From Octopus sinensis (Eukaryota): a stretch of DNA of 64,000 bases. Below the pieces are notes generated by a model that did no database searches, was not told the DNA's origin, and saw only the letters and a list, made by a program, of their open reading frames with translations. Below, piece after piece: positions 1 to 12,724 of this stretch (its first letter is position 1; each line of letters opens with the position of its first letter). Where the stretch lies: assembly GCF_006345805.1 (NCBI RefSeq), contig NC_043004.1, positions 19,220,001 to 19,284,000 of the forward strand. Reading direction: 5' to 3'. The translations under genes and the position numbers were made by a program.

Positions 1-179
1 AAAATAACTTAGAAAACAGGACAGAAACAACAGGAGATAGAATTAAGAAAAAAATACTTAGGAATAATCGACAAAAAACATAGAAACTACATCAATATGC
101 ACAATGTGAAACAAAATAGTAGTAGGAATGAAATTGGAGGAGGCCAGATAACAAAAAGAAAAAGAAAAGAAAAGGAACT

Positions 180-530
180 AAAAAGTGCCGTTTCAGAAAC
201 AAAAATAGATATCCACTTGGGAAATATTGTATGAGAAAAACATTGTACATTAATGTAAAGTGGAGAGAAATAGGCATACATATAAATACATAGGTTCAAC
301 GAGTGATAACTCTAAAATCCGCTCTAGAAACCACGTTCCACAATTTTCTAATAAGTGCAAGAATCAATGCGTCTCGCTCGAGGACCTTGTGTGGAAACTC
401 AAAAGCAAGGGATAAGTTACGTAACAAAGTGGTCGATATTAGGAAACACAAAACCTTGTGCCTGGAAGGAACTCAAGAGATAATTTTATGTAAGAGCAAA
501 ACATTCTGAAGCTATTATTACGTGTAAACA
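180..530 (+). mobile_element. Degenerate Penelope-like element, GIY-YIG endonuclease remnant
   Basis: Manual translation across frameshifts: KKCRFRNKNRYPLGKYCMRK...YIGSTSDNSKIRSRNHVPQFSNKCKNQCVSLEDLVWKLKSKG/ISYVTKWSILGNTKPCA. Matches the PLE pattern C..CPL..C, YIG.T..FK.R..NH, VW.LK...Y..KWSIL. Confidence 0.75.
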
Positions 531-719
531 TATACTAAAGTGCTGTCTTATAGGATTCTAACAAATAATATAAAAACATTCTAGATAATATTAAAATGTT
601 TTTATGGAAACGCTCAACAACATGAACGGTGCAGGTTGGAATTCTTATTTGTGTGCATGTTATTTGTGTGCATGTTAAAGGAATTGTAATCAGTTGTATA
701 AATCGTGTGATATCCCATA

Positions 720-1380
720 ATCCGATGACTTGTAATAACGAGTTCACATTGCCGTTTGTATGCTCAGCAAAGTTATAGCAAAAAATTATAAATTTATATA
801 TGTTGTATGAAAAAATTATAATAATTTCTATATGGCAGTTATAATCATCTAAAGAGATGACTTCAAATAACCAGTCGGCATTATCTAGGTTTACATGTGT
901 ATCCAAACACCAATTAAAATGCGCAGATGACTCATTTTTGATGAGATAGGATTGTATTTACATGGCTGTCAATCAAATTATAATGAGCTGTATCAGTATG
1001 TTGGTATTTTATAAGCGGTTAACAATTAGTTAACATTGTTCTTTACATGATCAACAAAGGTACTGCAACAATTTATAAAGTTTTAAATTTATTTAAGTTG
1101 TAAGGAAAAAAGTAATAATTAATACATGTCGATTATAATCACCTAAGGGAATGAATAAAAGTAATGATTTAACATTATTATTGTTTATAAGGGTGTCAAA
1201 AGAATTATGTATATTAGAATACACCGCAGATGTTAATACATAGGAGTAATTTGTATAAGTAGATTTCAATTAAATGAGCAGATCGAGCAGATGACTGTTA
1301 ATAAGCGAATAAGTATTGTTGTTTGTATGATTATCAACATGATTGTAACAAAATTTACATGTCACTTATAGTCCTCCAAT
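720..1380. repeat. Three diverged tandem units (spacing about 290 and 230 bp)
   Basis: Anchors tatggcagttataatcatctaa (831), catgtcgattataatcacctaa (1125) and catgtcacttatagtcctccaa (1358), each with alignable upstream sequence. Confidence 0.55.
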
Positions 1381-2700
1381 AATTGTGGCGGCAACACGAG
1401 CCCACTGATAATCAATATTGGTATTAACGTCTTCGCTAGAACGTTAGGAGAAAGCACTTATATCCAAAACCCTGAGTATTATTATAATAAAGTTCTCAGA
1501 AAAAAGGATTGAATGTATTTTCTTCAAGCAAAATGTGTAGTATAAGGAGTGTTGGCGATAGATTGGTGGAATGGATAGAAAATGTAGAAAACATAAATTG
1601 ATATAATAGTGATAATAGCTATAAGGGGGCGTATTTATCAGTGATAGTCATATAGTATCAAAGATCAAATATAATTAATGTAAGTACATATATTGAAGGA
1701 AAAAATAATTTAATATTTGTTATATCGTAATGAATTGTCAAGAAAAAACTTCAGTATTTGCTAGAAAGTGCAAGAGTGTATATTTTTGGTAGCGAACAGT
1801 TTTTGGTAGCGGAAAACAAGCAGTATAGAACACAGCAGTTTGAAGGAGTAGACCGGACATTGATTAGTGTTGGAAGAATAGAAATTGATGCATATATTAA
1901 TGAGTGTATTGAATTGTGATTTGTAAGTATATAAGATAAGTGCATTTAAAAAGCAAAAGAAAAGATAGTAAATTTAAAGATGCATGTAAAATATGTGAAC
2001 GAAAGCTGACCTGTAGCTTAGAAACTAATAACCAACAGAGTTCATGTAGTTCACCGAAAACCAAACTGCCGGAAAGCATAATAAATATTGTAGATAGATA
2101 ATTCGAAGAATCTCACTTAAGTCGTAAAAACATTATCACAGTTTTCTAACTTTTGCAATTTTTAAGATTTTGGTTTTCTTTTTATTTCATTTCTTTTGTT
2201 TCAACCTATCGACACACTTTATCCAATTCTTGGTATAATTCGTCTTCAGTTTTTGGCTTACGAATACCATAAAGTCACCTTGACTTTGTTATAGTTATTG
2301 TTGTCGGTGCTATTATTGTAGTAATACTTATGTGTTTACGGTTGTGTCCTACCAAATTTGATAATTTGATTGGTGGAAAGTAATGTACAATGTATACCCA
2401 AATAATTCAGAAAAATCTAGCAGGATTTAATTGTATTGCACTCGATGACGCGCCCACACACGGCTGTTGTTGAAAAATATTCAATTATATAATAATTATA
2501 ACGGATAATCTTGTATAATGGTATATGGATATAAACTCTGCAACTTTAAGCTGGTGTGCAGTGCAGAAACAAATGTGATCTACTATTAAATCCTGTGATA
2601 TAGCTCGCGATTCATTCCAAAGTTTAATTTCTCCTCCATATATAAGGGATAAAGTTGTCATCACAAAGTAAAAACTAACTGATTTTCATTTGTAAAAGCG

Positions 2701-3944
2701 GGTTACGTGATCGTATGTGTTGCAGGTCAAATATGAGTCGGCTATTAATGTGTACAATGGAACTACCTAATCCTAGTCTCTTGTCATCAAGGTCTATTAC
2801 TGAGTGAAATACTTATATCCGATGGCTATGAACCCACAAGCTCAAGGACTATCTTCAAATAGCTTCACTACTATGTTGCTGAAAACATGAAAGACTTTAC
2901 TACATTCAGTGAATTAGACTGGATGCGTGTATAAAAGCTTCAAGACATTTACTAATTGTGTATTTCAAAGTCAACAAGGCTTGCCTCCTTTGAATGTAGA
3001 GAGAATTCTTCTCGATAGAGCCGAAATCTGAACCTTGCTAAAAGAACTTTATAATCGATTTGATGGAGCATAGACTAGGTTTCTCGTGAGAGTTCAAAAC
3101 ATCGTGTGTCATAACAAAGAGATTCATGGACACATTCCACCGATCTCAGCTAATGTTCCTCTAACATAACATTTAGGAAATGTGTGTGTCATAACTCAAC
3201 TACATTGGTGTCATTTGTAGAGACACAGTAAGAAAATGAGGAGGCAGTAAGAAACGGCGGTCGCTTTAAGAAGAAAAATGAGTTTGCGTCGATAAATCTG
3301 GAAATGTCAGGCAACTGGAACATATTCGAGTAAATTTTCTCCAATGGTGGCAATTCTCATCTCTGCATAAGATATATAGCAGGTTGCTTTAATATTTGAA
3401 GCATTTTTGTTCGGCGAAATCTGCCTTTACGTGATCATTAGCTCTATCGATAATGCTCTGCGTTACTTGGATAGATTTCAGAGTTTACATTGCTAGGTTT
3501 CCAGACGAAGCGAAACATGGTTGTGGCGGTTTCCCTTCAATTTGACGTAAATAATAGAGTATGCTAGTAAAAATATCCCTTAAAATTATACTTGTTCCAT
3601 CCTGTTAAGATCTATCGATAAACCTAGAATAAAATGTTCAAACTAGAGAAATTCGAAAACCTTAAAAGATTCCAGATCCGATCTCGCAAACTTGTTAAAA
3701 ATGACATGAGCTCAAATAGCAGTAGTTCCTTCCAAATCACCATGAATGAAGCCATTTAAGCAATCTTCTAGTCCTCAATACTTGCAGACAAAACAAAGAA
3801 TAAATAAAATTATCGATGCGTTTTCTATACTTACAAGCAATTTCCCTAAAACATATATTACTGTAAATGCGGAAAGAAAGTACCTAGTGTACCACTAAAA
3901 ATTGTCACACATACAAGTGACGTTACCTTAAGGATCACGTAACC
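2701..3944. mobile_element. Possible decayed DNA transposon (Mutator-like?)
   Basis: 12-bp inverted termini ggttacgtgatc (2701-2712) / gatcacgtaacc (3933-3944). The interior is complex and coding-like but stop-ridden. No TSD seen. Confidence 0.3.
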
Positions 3945-4271
3945 ATCTTCTACTCAATCCTCGAATATCGAGTAATCAAATCGCAAACTGGGGTTCGGTT
4001 TATCAAGTACTTGGTTGCCATATCTTTATACAGAATATATTGTTTGACCGATCATACGCATACATTACGTGTATGGAACTCTGAAGAAAGTAGAAGTAAA
4101 TCAGCAAGTATTTTCTAATTAATATAACTTCCTCACCATCTATCGAGTTATCTTTCGTCCATTTGTAGACATAATCTTATATATGTTGTGAGTGTCTCTT
4201 TGTTAATATATGTAAGAATGTTTAATTATACTACGTTAACAAAAGTTTTCTGCTTAAAATCTTTTTTCCAG

Positions 4272-4351
4272 CTGAATGTAGTTTTCCTCTGTCATATCTT
4301 GCGGCAACTTTTTAAACTAGAATCTCACCCAAACGATCCAAGCAGCTTAAG
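4272..4351 (+). CDS. Class B1 (secretin-family) GPCR, calcitonin/CGRP-receptor-like; exon encoding end of TM5 and ICL3 (upstream exons lie outside the window)
   Basis: Acceptor ttttttccAG (4270-4271), donor GTAAGT (4352). 80 nt, open frame LNVVFLCHILRQLFKLESHPNDPSSL+AG. Resembles the TM5 N-x-x-F-L-x-x-I-x-R-x-L pattern of calcitonin-family receptors. Its phase-2 end joins the 20547 exon in frame. Confidence 0.9.
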
Positions 4352-5385
4352 GTAAGTAAATTCTAAAAACATTATTTTGAGAATATTGGAATGTACATCC
4401 TAATGCAAGAAAGAAATGGATTATTGGTTAACTGAAAATTTGGTTCATTTCGAGTGGCAAACGTCTTTACTGTTTGGTGCATAATACATTAAACAGCGGC
4501 TTTCGGGTAGTAAATTATAATTGCATACATATTTACATTGTATTACATATGTATTCTCGTTATCAATATTCTGTAGAATTATACAACTTCAGCATGAGAT
4601 TATGTAACGCACATAACATACTTTCTTAAGGAAATTATAACAAAATAATGGAAATGTATTTCAATCATGAATCTAAACTTTTCCGAGCACCTGGCACTCT
4701 CTAGTCATAGCTACAAAACCTTTCATTTGATGACGTCAGGAAATGTCCTGTCCTCTTTATCAAAATAAACGATAATGTTTCATTGAATGTTCTATCTTCT
4801 GAAGATTGGAACAGCTATGTTAAAGGAAATCTAAAAGAAAGATTCAGACATGCAGCGGTTAAGAAATTTAACAACCTTTCACTGTAAAGTGTTGGAACAG
4901 CATGTGTAAATTTTTGTTATGAAATTAAAATAGGCAGCACTGTTCTTTCTCAGTTTCTTCCTAACAATACTGGAATTATATTCTAAATGGAACCTCTTGA
5001 TCAACTGCAGATAAAAATAATCTTTTCCATCTTTATTTCTATACATTTGATGACTAATTCATGTATATTAAAAATAGAACAAATAGTTTAATTCGTTTAA
5101 TTAAAATTTTATCTTGAAATTACATCCAAATAAATAATGGCGATAGAAGCAAGCATAGCGCTGTAGTTCCTTTTTAATACCTGTGAGATTGTTGGTAAGA
5201 AATGGTACTTATGTTGAAGACCAGGTACAAGTGCTTACAACAAGATGAGATACTAGTCAAAGTGATTTAACTTTTACACATTATCATTATATTTCATATA
5301 TCTTACAAGCTAATATACAACAACAATAATGATAATAACAATAATACTAATAATAATTTCTCTTACTGTAATCGTTGATGTTGTC

Positions 5386-5950
5386 ACGGCGGACAAAATG
5401 CTTAACAGCGTTTATTCCGGCTTAACATTCTGAATTCAAATTTCGCAGAGGTCGACTTCGCTTTCATCCCTTCAGGGTCGATAAAATAAGTATCAGTTAA
5501 ACACTTGCGTCAATTTAATCGATTTTTTTGTGCCAAAATTTGAAACTCTTCTTAAGGCGGCTTACTGGAAGACTCATTAGCTCGCTGGGCAGAATGCTAA
5601 GCGGCATTTCGTTTGTCTTTACGTAATGAATTCAAATGCCGCTGAAGCCGAATTTACTTCTCATCCTTTTGTGGTCGATAAAATACGTACTCCTTTCTCG
5701 AAATCACTGGATTGAGTCAAAATTTGAAATTATTATTAATATTTAATGTGACGAGCTGCCAAAATTGGTAGCGTGTTAGACAGAAAGACTAGCGGCATTT
5801 TTACCGGCTTTTCACGTTCTGGGTTGAAATCCTGATGAAGTCAACTACGTCTTTCATCCTTTCGGGATTGATAAAATTAAATAATTAAGTACTGGTATCA
5901 CTCGTGTCGACTTATTTCCCTTCGAAATTGTTGGCCTTACGTCTAATTAA
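5386..5950 (+). mobile_element. Three tandem copies of SINE family C
   Basis: Three successive units of about 170-200 bp sharing cgttctgagttcaaat...gaggtcgactt...ctttcatcc.ttcggggtcgataaaataagtac. Confidence 0.8.
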
Positions 5951-6299
5951 AAATAATTATTGGTGGTATTTTAATTGATGTGTTTCAATTATGATTCGAA
6001 CTTTCTTATTGACACTCTATAGTTATAAATAATTAACCACAAAAGTAGTCACCAAAATCATTTCGTGCTATATAAAATTATATACGATGACTTACATACA
6101 TATCTATTCTTAATACGTTCCGGTATATTCGAATTGTAAATGTCGATCACTGTTGCTATGACAACGACTTATGAAACATACATACATACAGTTTAAAATA
6201 TGCCTGAAGGAGGTAGAATGTATAATATGTAATATTTTATGATAATATTGAATAAAGCTCTAGCAAAACATCTGTCGCTAAATTGGACGCCATTTGTGA

Positions 6300-6604
<305 letters not shown>

Positions 6605-6759
6605 TGAAGAATGTGTGCTTATCATATATTCCTCTTTACCATTGGCATTCAGAAATAGTTTCTGCAGTTGAAAATACGTAAGTGCTTTTGTCGTACTTTT
6701 AAAGAGTTTAATAAAATTTCAACCTCTGCTGCATTAAAATCGTCAGAAGCAGCGTATCT

Positions 6760-7560
6760 ACCATCACATGGAAAGTTTCCAGGAACTGTTTAAATGTTAT
6801 GAGATCTTATATATTTCTTGTGTGTTTTGGCATGATGATAAAGAGAGCAGAGCCAGTTGAGGTAAAATACTTTTGTCTTATGTGTTGTGATATGACGCTA
6901 CCATGAATTTTGTACAGGACAGGAGACATGGGGAGAGAGCCTTTGCTAAATTTAATGTTCATACAAGCATTATTTGCGAAATGCTGTTGGAATATTATCC
7001 ACACCATACAAATTATACACCGTCGTTGGTGGGAATAAAGTTTGACGATTCCAACTCTCAAGGCCTCTCATGTCTATTATCTTGTAGTTGATCTCTAGGC
7101 TGCTTCAATTTTTATGATATTTTGCTTCGCGTAGGGGAAACCAAAGCAACGAGCAGTATTCACGGTCTGGACGAGTGAGGGTGGAGAAGAGAAGGATACT
7201 GGCAAGAGTTTCTCCTGATCGAAAGGTCCTGAAGATCCAGGAGCACAACGTGAGAGCCACGTCGATTTTGTTCTTTGTGTGGACATTCCAGCTTAAATTG
7301 TTGTCGGCAGTTACCCCAAGATGTCTAACGGTGTTTGATACCACGCGGTCTTCGCATGAGAGAAGAGCATATGATAGCTTAAGTGCAGCTCCTTTACGGT
7401 AGTAAATACTGAAATATATTTTCGTCTAGCTGCATATTGTATTTTCCTTGTCATCGGATAACAACGAGCAGATTCGATTGAAGATCAGTCCAGTCTCCCG
7501 CCCTGGCGACGATCTGGTGATTATTTCAAAAGATTTCGTATTTATTGTTGACCATGTTTG
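6760..7560 (-). mobile_element. 5'-truncated CR1/L2-group LINE, C-terminal reverse transcriptase region
   Basis: ORF 7105-7344: VRHLGVTADNNLSWNVHTKNKIDVALTLCSWIFRTFRSGETLASILLFSTLTRPDREYCSLLWFP matches the LGV..D..LSW..H...R.F...LF..L.RP.LEY.S..W.P signature. Confidence 0.85.
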
Positions 7561-8110
7561 TGGCAAGTTTGCTAGATATATATATAGTTAAAACCAAACA
7601 TTGAGTAAAAGCAAAAGTAAAAAAAACAACAACAACCAATTTTAACGTTTGTCTTTCGGTTACAATTCCGTTCTACCTCAAGAGAGTTTACTCCTTTGTA
7701 TTTGAGTTTATCAGTTTGTGAAATTTAACACAAGGGTTGCTTCACTGTTTGTAAACGTAAGGAAAATACTAGCATCAGTGGAGTCTATTAGAGAACAGAT
7801 TTATATTCCGACTATTTTTCCAAATATAACAGAAGTGCTATCCTCACAGGAATAGTTGTCATAAAATTTGTTGCGTAAATACTTCATTTTATTTCTCAGT
7901 ATAACACTTTTTACTCTATTTCATTTGCCACCTGTTGTCAAACGCATCAAAAAAAGACACAGGATTTTCAAAACGGTGTTATTTTCTACAGCTCTGCAAA
8001 AATGAAAATGAAAGAAAAAGCTCGCATTGCAATTTCTTTTTAAAGACATCTAAGATAAAAATCAATTTGACTGTCTAACAAAACCGACAGAGAGACAGAC
8101 ACACAGTCAG

Positions 8111-8147
<37 letters not shown>

Positions 8148-8362
8148 TATACACACGCACGTACACACGATCATTTTTATATGTATTTTATACGTGTGTG
8201 CGCGCGCGTCTGCGTGTGCATCTTCTCCCGAGTTTATGTACACGCATATATATTTATAGATAGAGAAAAATTGGAAACAACAACTATCTCTCTGGTCTAT
8301 GTATTGTCTTTCTTTCTCTTCCTTTCCCTTTCCCCACCAAATCTCTTTACACGCACACACTC

Positions 8363-8393
<31 letters not shown>

Positions 8394-8440
8394 TGTATGT
8401 ATGTATGTAGTATGTATGTATGTATGTATATGTATATATA

Positions 8441-8489
<49 letters not shown>

Positions 8490-8491
<2 letters not shown>

Positions 8492-8904
8492 CGTAGGAGT
8501 GGCTGTGTGGTAAGTAGCTTGCTTACAAACCACATGGTTCCAGGTCCAGTCCCTCTGCGTGGCACCTTGGGCAAGGGTCTTCTACCAATGCCTCAGGCCG
8601 ACCAAATCATTGAGAGTGGATTTGTTAGACGTAAACTGGAAGAAGCTCGTCGTATATATGTATGTATATATATGTATATTTGTATGTGTTTGTATATGTT
8701 TCTGTGTCTGTGTTTGTCCTCCACCAACATCGCTTGACAACCGATGCTGGTGTGTTTATGTCTCCGTAACTTAGCGGTTCGGCAAAAGAGACCGATAGAA
8801 TAAGTACTAGGCTTACAAAGAATAGGTTCTGGGGTCGATTTGCTCGACTAAAGGCGGTGCTTCAGCATGGCCACAGTCAGATGACTGAAACAAGTGAAAG
8901 AGTA
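8490..8904 (+). mobile_element. SINE family A (tRNA-derived head, internal (TA/TG)n, aaagagta tail)
   Basis: Head ggagtggctgtgtggtaagtagcttg...ggttccaggtccagtccc. Near-identical to the copies at 9360, 39144, 47689 and 48101. Confidence 0.9.
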
Positions 8905-8914
8905 TATAAATATA

Positions 8915-9170
8915 TACTTTATTTAAAAGCAGCAGAAATATCAGAAAAGCTGTTATTCAGAGTTTCACGTTCCCGTTCGACGGACAGTTTTGTTAGAATG
9001 GAACAGAAATGACGATATTAAAAAAAAAGATTAGTTTAAATGATACACCTTTGAAAATGGTTTTATTTCATTGGTCCTTTCAACTAACGGCATGCAATAA
9101 ACAAAATAAATTCAGTATAAATTCATTCTATTGTAAAACCGAAGAAAACCTTAAATCGAAGAGTAGATTC
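8915..9170 (-). mobile_element. Diverged copy of the hammerhead-bearing repeat (homologous to 24700-24980)
   Basis: Shares tttatt.aagcagcagaaa...ctgtta.tc.gagtttc.cgtt.ccgttc....gacagtttt.g.tagaatggaac with the 24.7 kb copy. Ribozyme core is mutated to CCGTCGA. Confidence 0.7.
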
Positions 9171-9359
9171 CCAATACATATGGTAAATAATCATATACGA
9201 AATATAAGTCAATATATTAAAATTAAAATTTAAAATTTTCAATCTGTATTACATAAATATTTTTTCAGCAGTATATACGCATACTAGACATCTATAATAT
9301 ACATATATACAACAAAATACACAAACGTATGTACATAGTTATATACATATTTACAAATA

Positions 9360-9760
9360 CAGGAGTGGCTGTGTGGTAAGTAGCTTGTTTACCAACCACA
9401 TGGTTCCGGGTTCAGTCCCACTGTGTGGCAAATGTCTTCTACTATAGCCTCGGGCCGACCAAAGCCTTGTGAGTGGATTTGGTAGACGGAAACTGAAAGA
9501 AGCCTGTCGTATATATGCATATATATATATACATGCGTGTGTGTATTTGTGTGTTTGTGTTTGTCCCCCTAGCATTGATTGACAACCGATGCTGGTGTGT
9601 TTATGTCCCCGTTACTTAGCGGTTCGGCAAAAGAGACCGATAGAATAAGTACTGGGCTTACAAAAGAATAAGTTCCGGGGTCGAGTTGCTCGATTAAAGG
9701 CGGTGCTCCAGCATGGCCGCAGTCAAATGACTGAAACAAGTAAAAGAGTAAAGAGTAAAA
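9360..9760 (+). mobile_element. SINE family A
   Basis: Full-length copy by internal comparison. Confidence 0.9.
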
Positions 9761-10244
9761 GAGATACATATTTACACATACATACAGAGAAAGATGACGA
9801 AATATGTGTAACGAACGTACACATAAAATATAATTACATGGACTCAGCATTTCTTTTCTTTTCTTACTTAAAGTATCTTTCCTCTTCCTACTGGATACGT
9901 TGCTAGCGCCCTTAACAAATTTCTTTTCTTTTTTTTCTCCTTTTCTTCTTTCTTCTTTTTCCCCCATTTCGCTTTCGCTCGCTAGGTTTTACGTCTCTGT
10001 TTCTTTTTCTTTTCCTTTTTCTCTCCCTCCTTCCTACCCTTAAGGTACACTTCCTATTTCTCTCGTCTGTAATAACCCTCCTGTATGTGTATACACTAAG
10101 AGGTTTTGTACGCTTGCATGTATGTATACATATATCTATATGTGTGTATTTGTGTATATATTTATGTCTTACATATGTATGTCTAATTATGTATATAACT
10201 ATGTACATGCATCTGTGTATTTTGGTGTATATATGTATATTATA

Positions 10245-10314
10245 GATGATCTAGTATGCGTATATACTGCGCGGCTTCGAACCCCAAGATTTCAATTTCG
10301 ATTCCAGGCAGTGA

Positions 10315-10374
<60 letters not shown>

Positions 10375-10447
10375 GAAGAAGAAGAAGAAGAAGAAGAAGA
10401 AGAAGAAGAAGAAGAAGAAGAAGAAGAAGAAGAAGAAGAAGAAGAAG

Positions 10448-10480
<33 letters not shown>

Positions 10481-10625
10481 AACAACAACAACAACAACGA
10501 AAAATACCTTAGGAATGAGAACCCGGGTTCGAAATATCCTGGAAGGGTATATCAGCTGGGGGGGGGGGCGGGTATATCAGACGAAACGTTTTACATAATT
10601 CTTCATCTCTTATATATAGTACTGT
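10245..10625 (+). mobile_element. SINE-like element with an internal (AAT)n(GAA)n(AAC)n tract
   Basis: B-box-like ttcgattcc at about 10297 precedes a 180-bp compound trinucleotide array (10318-10499), followed by a complex tail. Confidence 0.45.
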
Positions 10626-10650
10626 TTCAACCACAGTACTAGTTTCTTTG

Positions 10651-10775
10651 AAGTCTGGTGCTTATTCCATCGGGTTCTTTTGCCGAACTGCTAAGTTACA
10701 GGGACGTAAACACACCGACAGCGATTGTCGAGTGATGGGGAGGGCGGAACAAACACAGACCTAAAGACATACACA
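10651..10775 (-). mobile_element. SINE family A, partial antisense copy
   Basis: Reverse complement matches ...gtttatgtccccgtaacttagcggttcggcaaaagagaccgatagaataag of family A. Confidence 0.75.
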
Positions 10776-11102
10776 TAAATATGATGCAGAATGTAGATAA
10801 TATGGCAACTGATGGCGTGTCTCAATGAAAAGAGGAGAGGAAATAAAAAAAAGGAAACTTAATATCAGAAAAGATAATTTACAACTTATGAGGAAATTCT
10901 GATCTTTGTTAGCACGTAATAGCCGCGCGTTTCATTTCTTATAAAGAATTTGAAAATCACTCTTACGTTTGTACTTTGTACGCAACAATTCAAGCAGCTC
11001 ATTCTCCCATGATTTTCAGATACTCAATTGCTTGCTTCGCCTCCTTCTCTTTCTCTCTGTCTCTATGCCTCCCTGTCTCTGTCTTTGTTGCTGTCTCTCC
11101 CA

Positions 11103-11137
<35 letters not shown>

Positions 11138-11603
11138 CACTCATACAAACACACTGAATATATATTTATACTAAGCACTATATAGTAGACTATGTTTTTC
11201 TTTTTGCTGTAAAGACATTTTCCGTAAAGACTTCCAACAATAAGTGATAAGCATCTATACTCCTTATAGCGCATAAAAGAAGTTATCACATACATGCGCA
11301 TCACAAAATGGTTAACGAGGTCAATAAAATTGCAGCAACCTCATCAAATCAGGCTAGTCAACATAGTGCCTCGGGGCTGCGGGTATGTCATCTACAATAC
11401 GGCATTAACGGGCTCGCGCGCACAAATACACACATACACACAGACTTTAAATCTTAGTGAGCATAAAAAATCTGGTTGTGTGACTCCCTGTCCGAGTTTA
11501 CGATAGGAATTGAGCAACTTAATGAATTTTAAGCATCACCTACCACGGCCAATTGTTAGGACATTGGTTATAGCCGACACATTCAGTTTTATATTACAGT
11601 GGA

Positions 11604-11975
11604 GGCCCAGTGGTTAGAGCAGCGGACTCGTGGTCATAGGATCGCGGTTTCGATTCCCAGACCGGGCGTTGTGAGTGTTTATTGAGCGAAAACACCTAAA
11701 ACTCCACGAGGCTCCGGCAGGGGATGGTGGTGATCCCTGCTGTACTCTTTCACCACAAATTTCTCTCACTCTTACTTCCTGTTTCTGTTGTACCTGTATT
11801 TCAAAGAGCCGGCCTTGTCACTCTTTGTGTCACGCTGAATATCCCCGAGAACTACGTTAAGGGTACACGTGTCTGTGGAGAGCTCAGCCACTTACACGTT
11901 AATTTCACGAGCAGGCTGTTCCGTTGATTCGGATCAACCGGAACCCTCGTCGTCGTAACCGACGGAGTGCTTCCC
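11604..11975 (+). mobile_element. SINE family B (tRNA-derived head), tail type 1
   Basis: A-box-like ggcccagtggttagagc and B-box ggtttcgattccc. The first ~155 bp are near-identical to the 49583 copy. Confidence 0.85.
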
Positions 11976-12724
11976 CTATAATATTACATCATGCAGATTG
12001 CATTTCCTAGTCGCGTTTCCTTACTATCTAAAATTCAATTTCCAGTGATATCGACTTTATTTCTAAATATCTGGCACCGATGAAATAAATACCTGCTTAG
12101 AATGAATTACACATGAACCATTCACCAAAATTTGCTTCTGGATTAAACGAATTGATTTTAAAGTTATGTGAATGATTGATTTTATTTTCAATATATCTTT
12201 AAGCGAGAATAATTGAGTCTCACAGACTTAGCTGAACAAAAATAAGAAAAAGTAACCTTTAAGTCACATGGTTTCAAAAGTTTCGAACGCCAAGAATTCT
12301 TTAGTAAATCTTATGCAGTATACCTTAACTACCTTTACCAGATATATTGATATATATTTGATTCTTTTTATACCATTTCACAAAATATTGAAAAATTATT
12401 ATAAAAGAAAATGAAAATTTGCCTATTATTTATTCTTATCAAAAACTGAATCTTAGATATTTTCCCAACGTATAAAATATACTGTTTACATTGCAAGATT
12501 TTCATATTAAACAAAGTGAAAACAAAAACCAAAACCAAAAAAGAAAAATGATCATGCAAAATTAAATCAAACTGAAAGGATAATCAATAAGATAAATAAA
12601 CAAATGTACGTACTATATTAACTAAAACTAAATATAAATCAAATATAATAACTTCTGACTTCTGAATATAAATCTAATCTGTGTTTATACGATAGCGCTC
12701 TTATTTAAGAGTAGTTGTGTTAGA

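Noticed and set aside
1-4271. Search for the upstream GPCR exon (ECL2 Cys-Trp / start of TM5)
   Set aside because: No open, splice-flanked candidate found; it presumably lies upstream of the window.
10240-10642. Poly-N/K and poly-L/F ORFs (also poly-M/S at 59337-59647 and poly-K at 58272)
   Set aside because: Trinucleotide microsatellites with no splice or homology support.
11604-11665. tRNA-like sequences at SINE heads (also 49583, 8490 and others)
   Set aside because: No convincing full cloverleaf or terminator; they continue into repeated SINE bodies.
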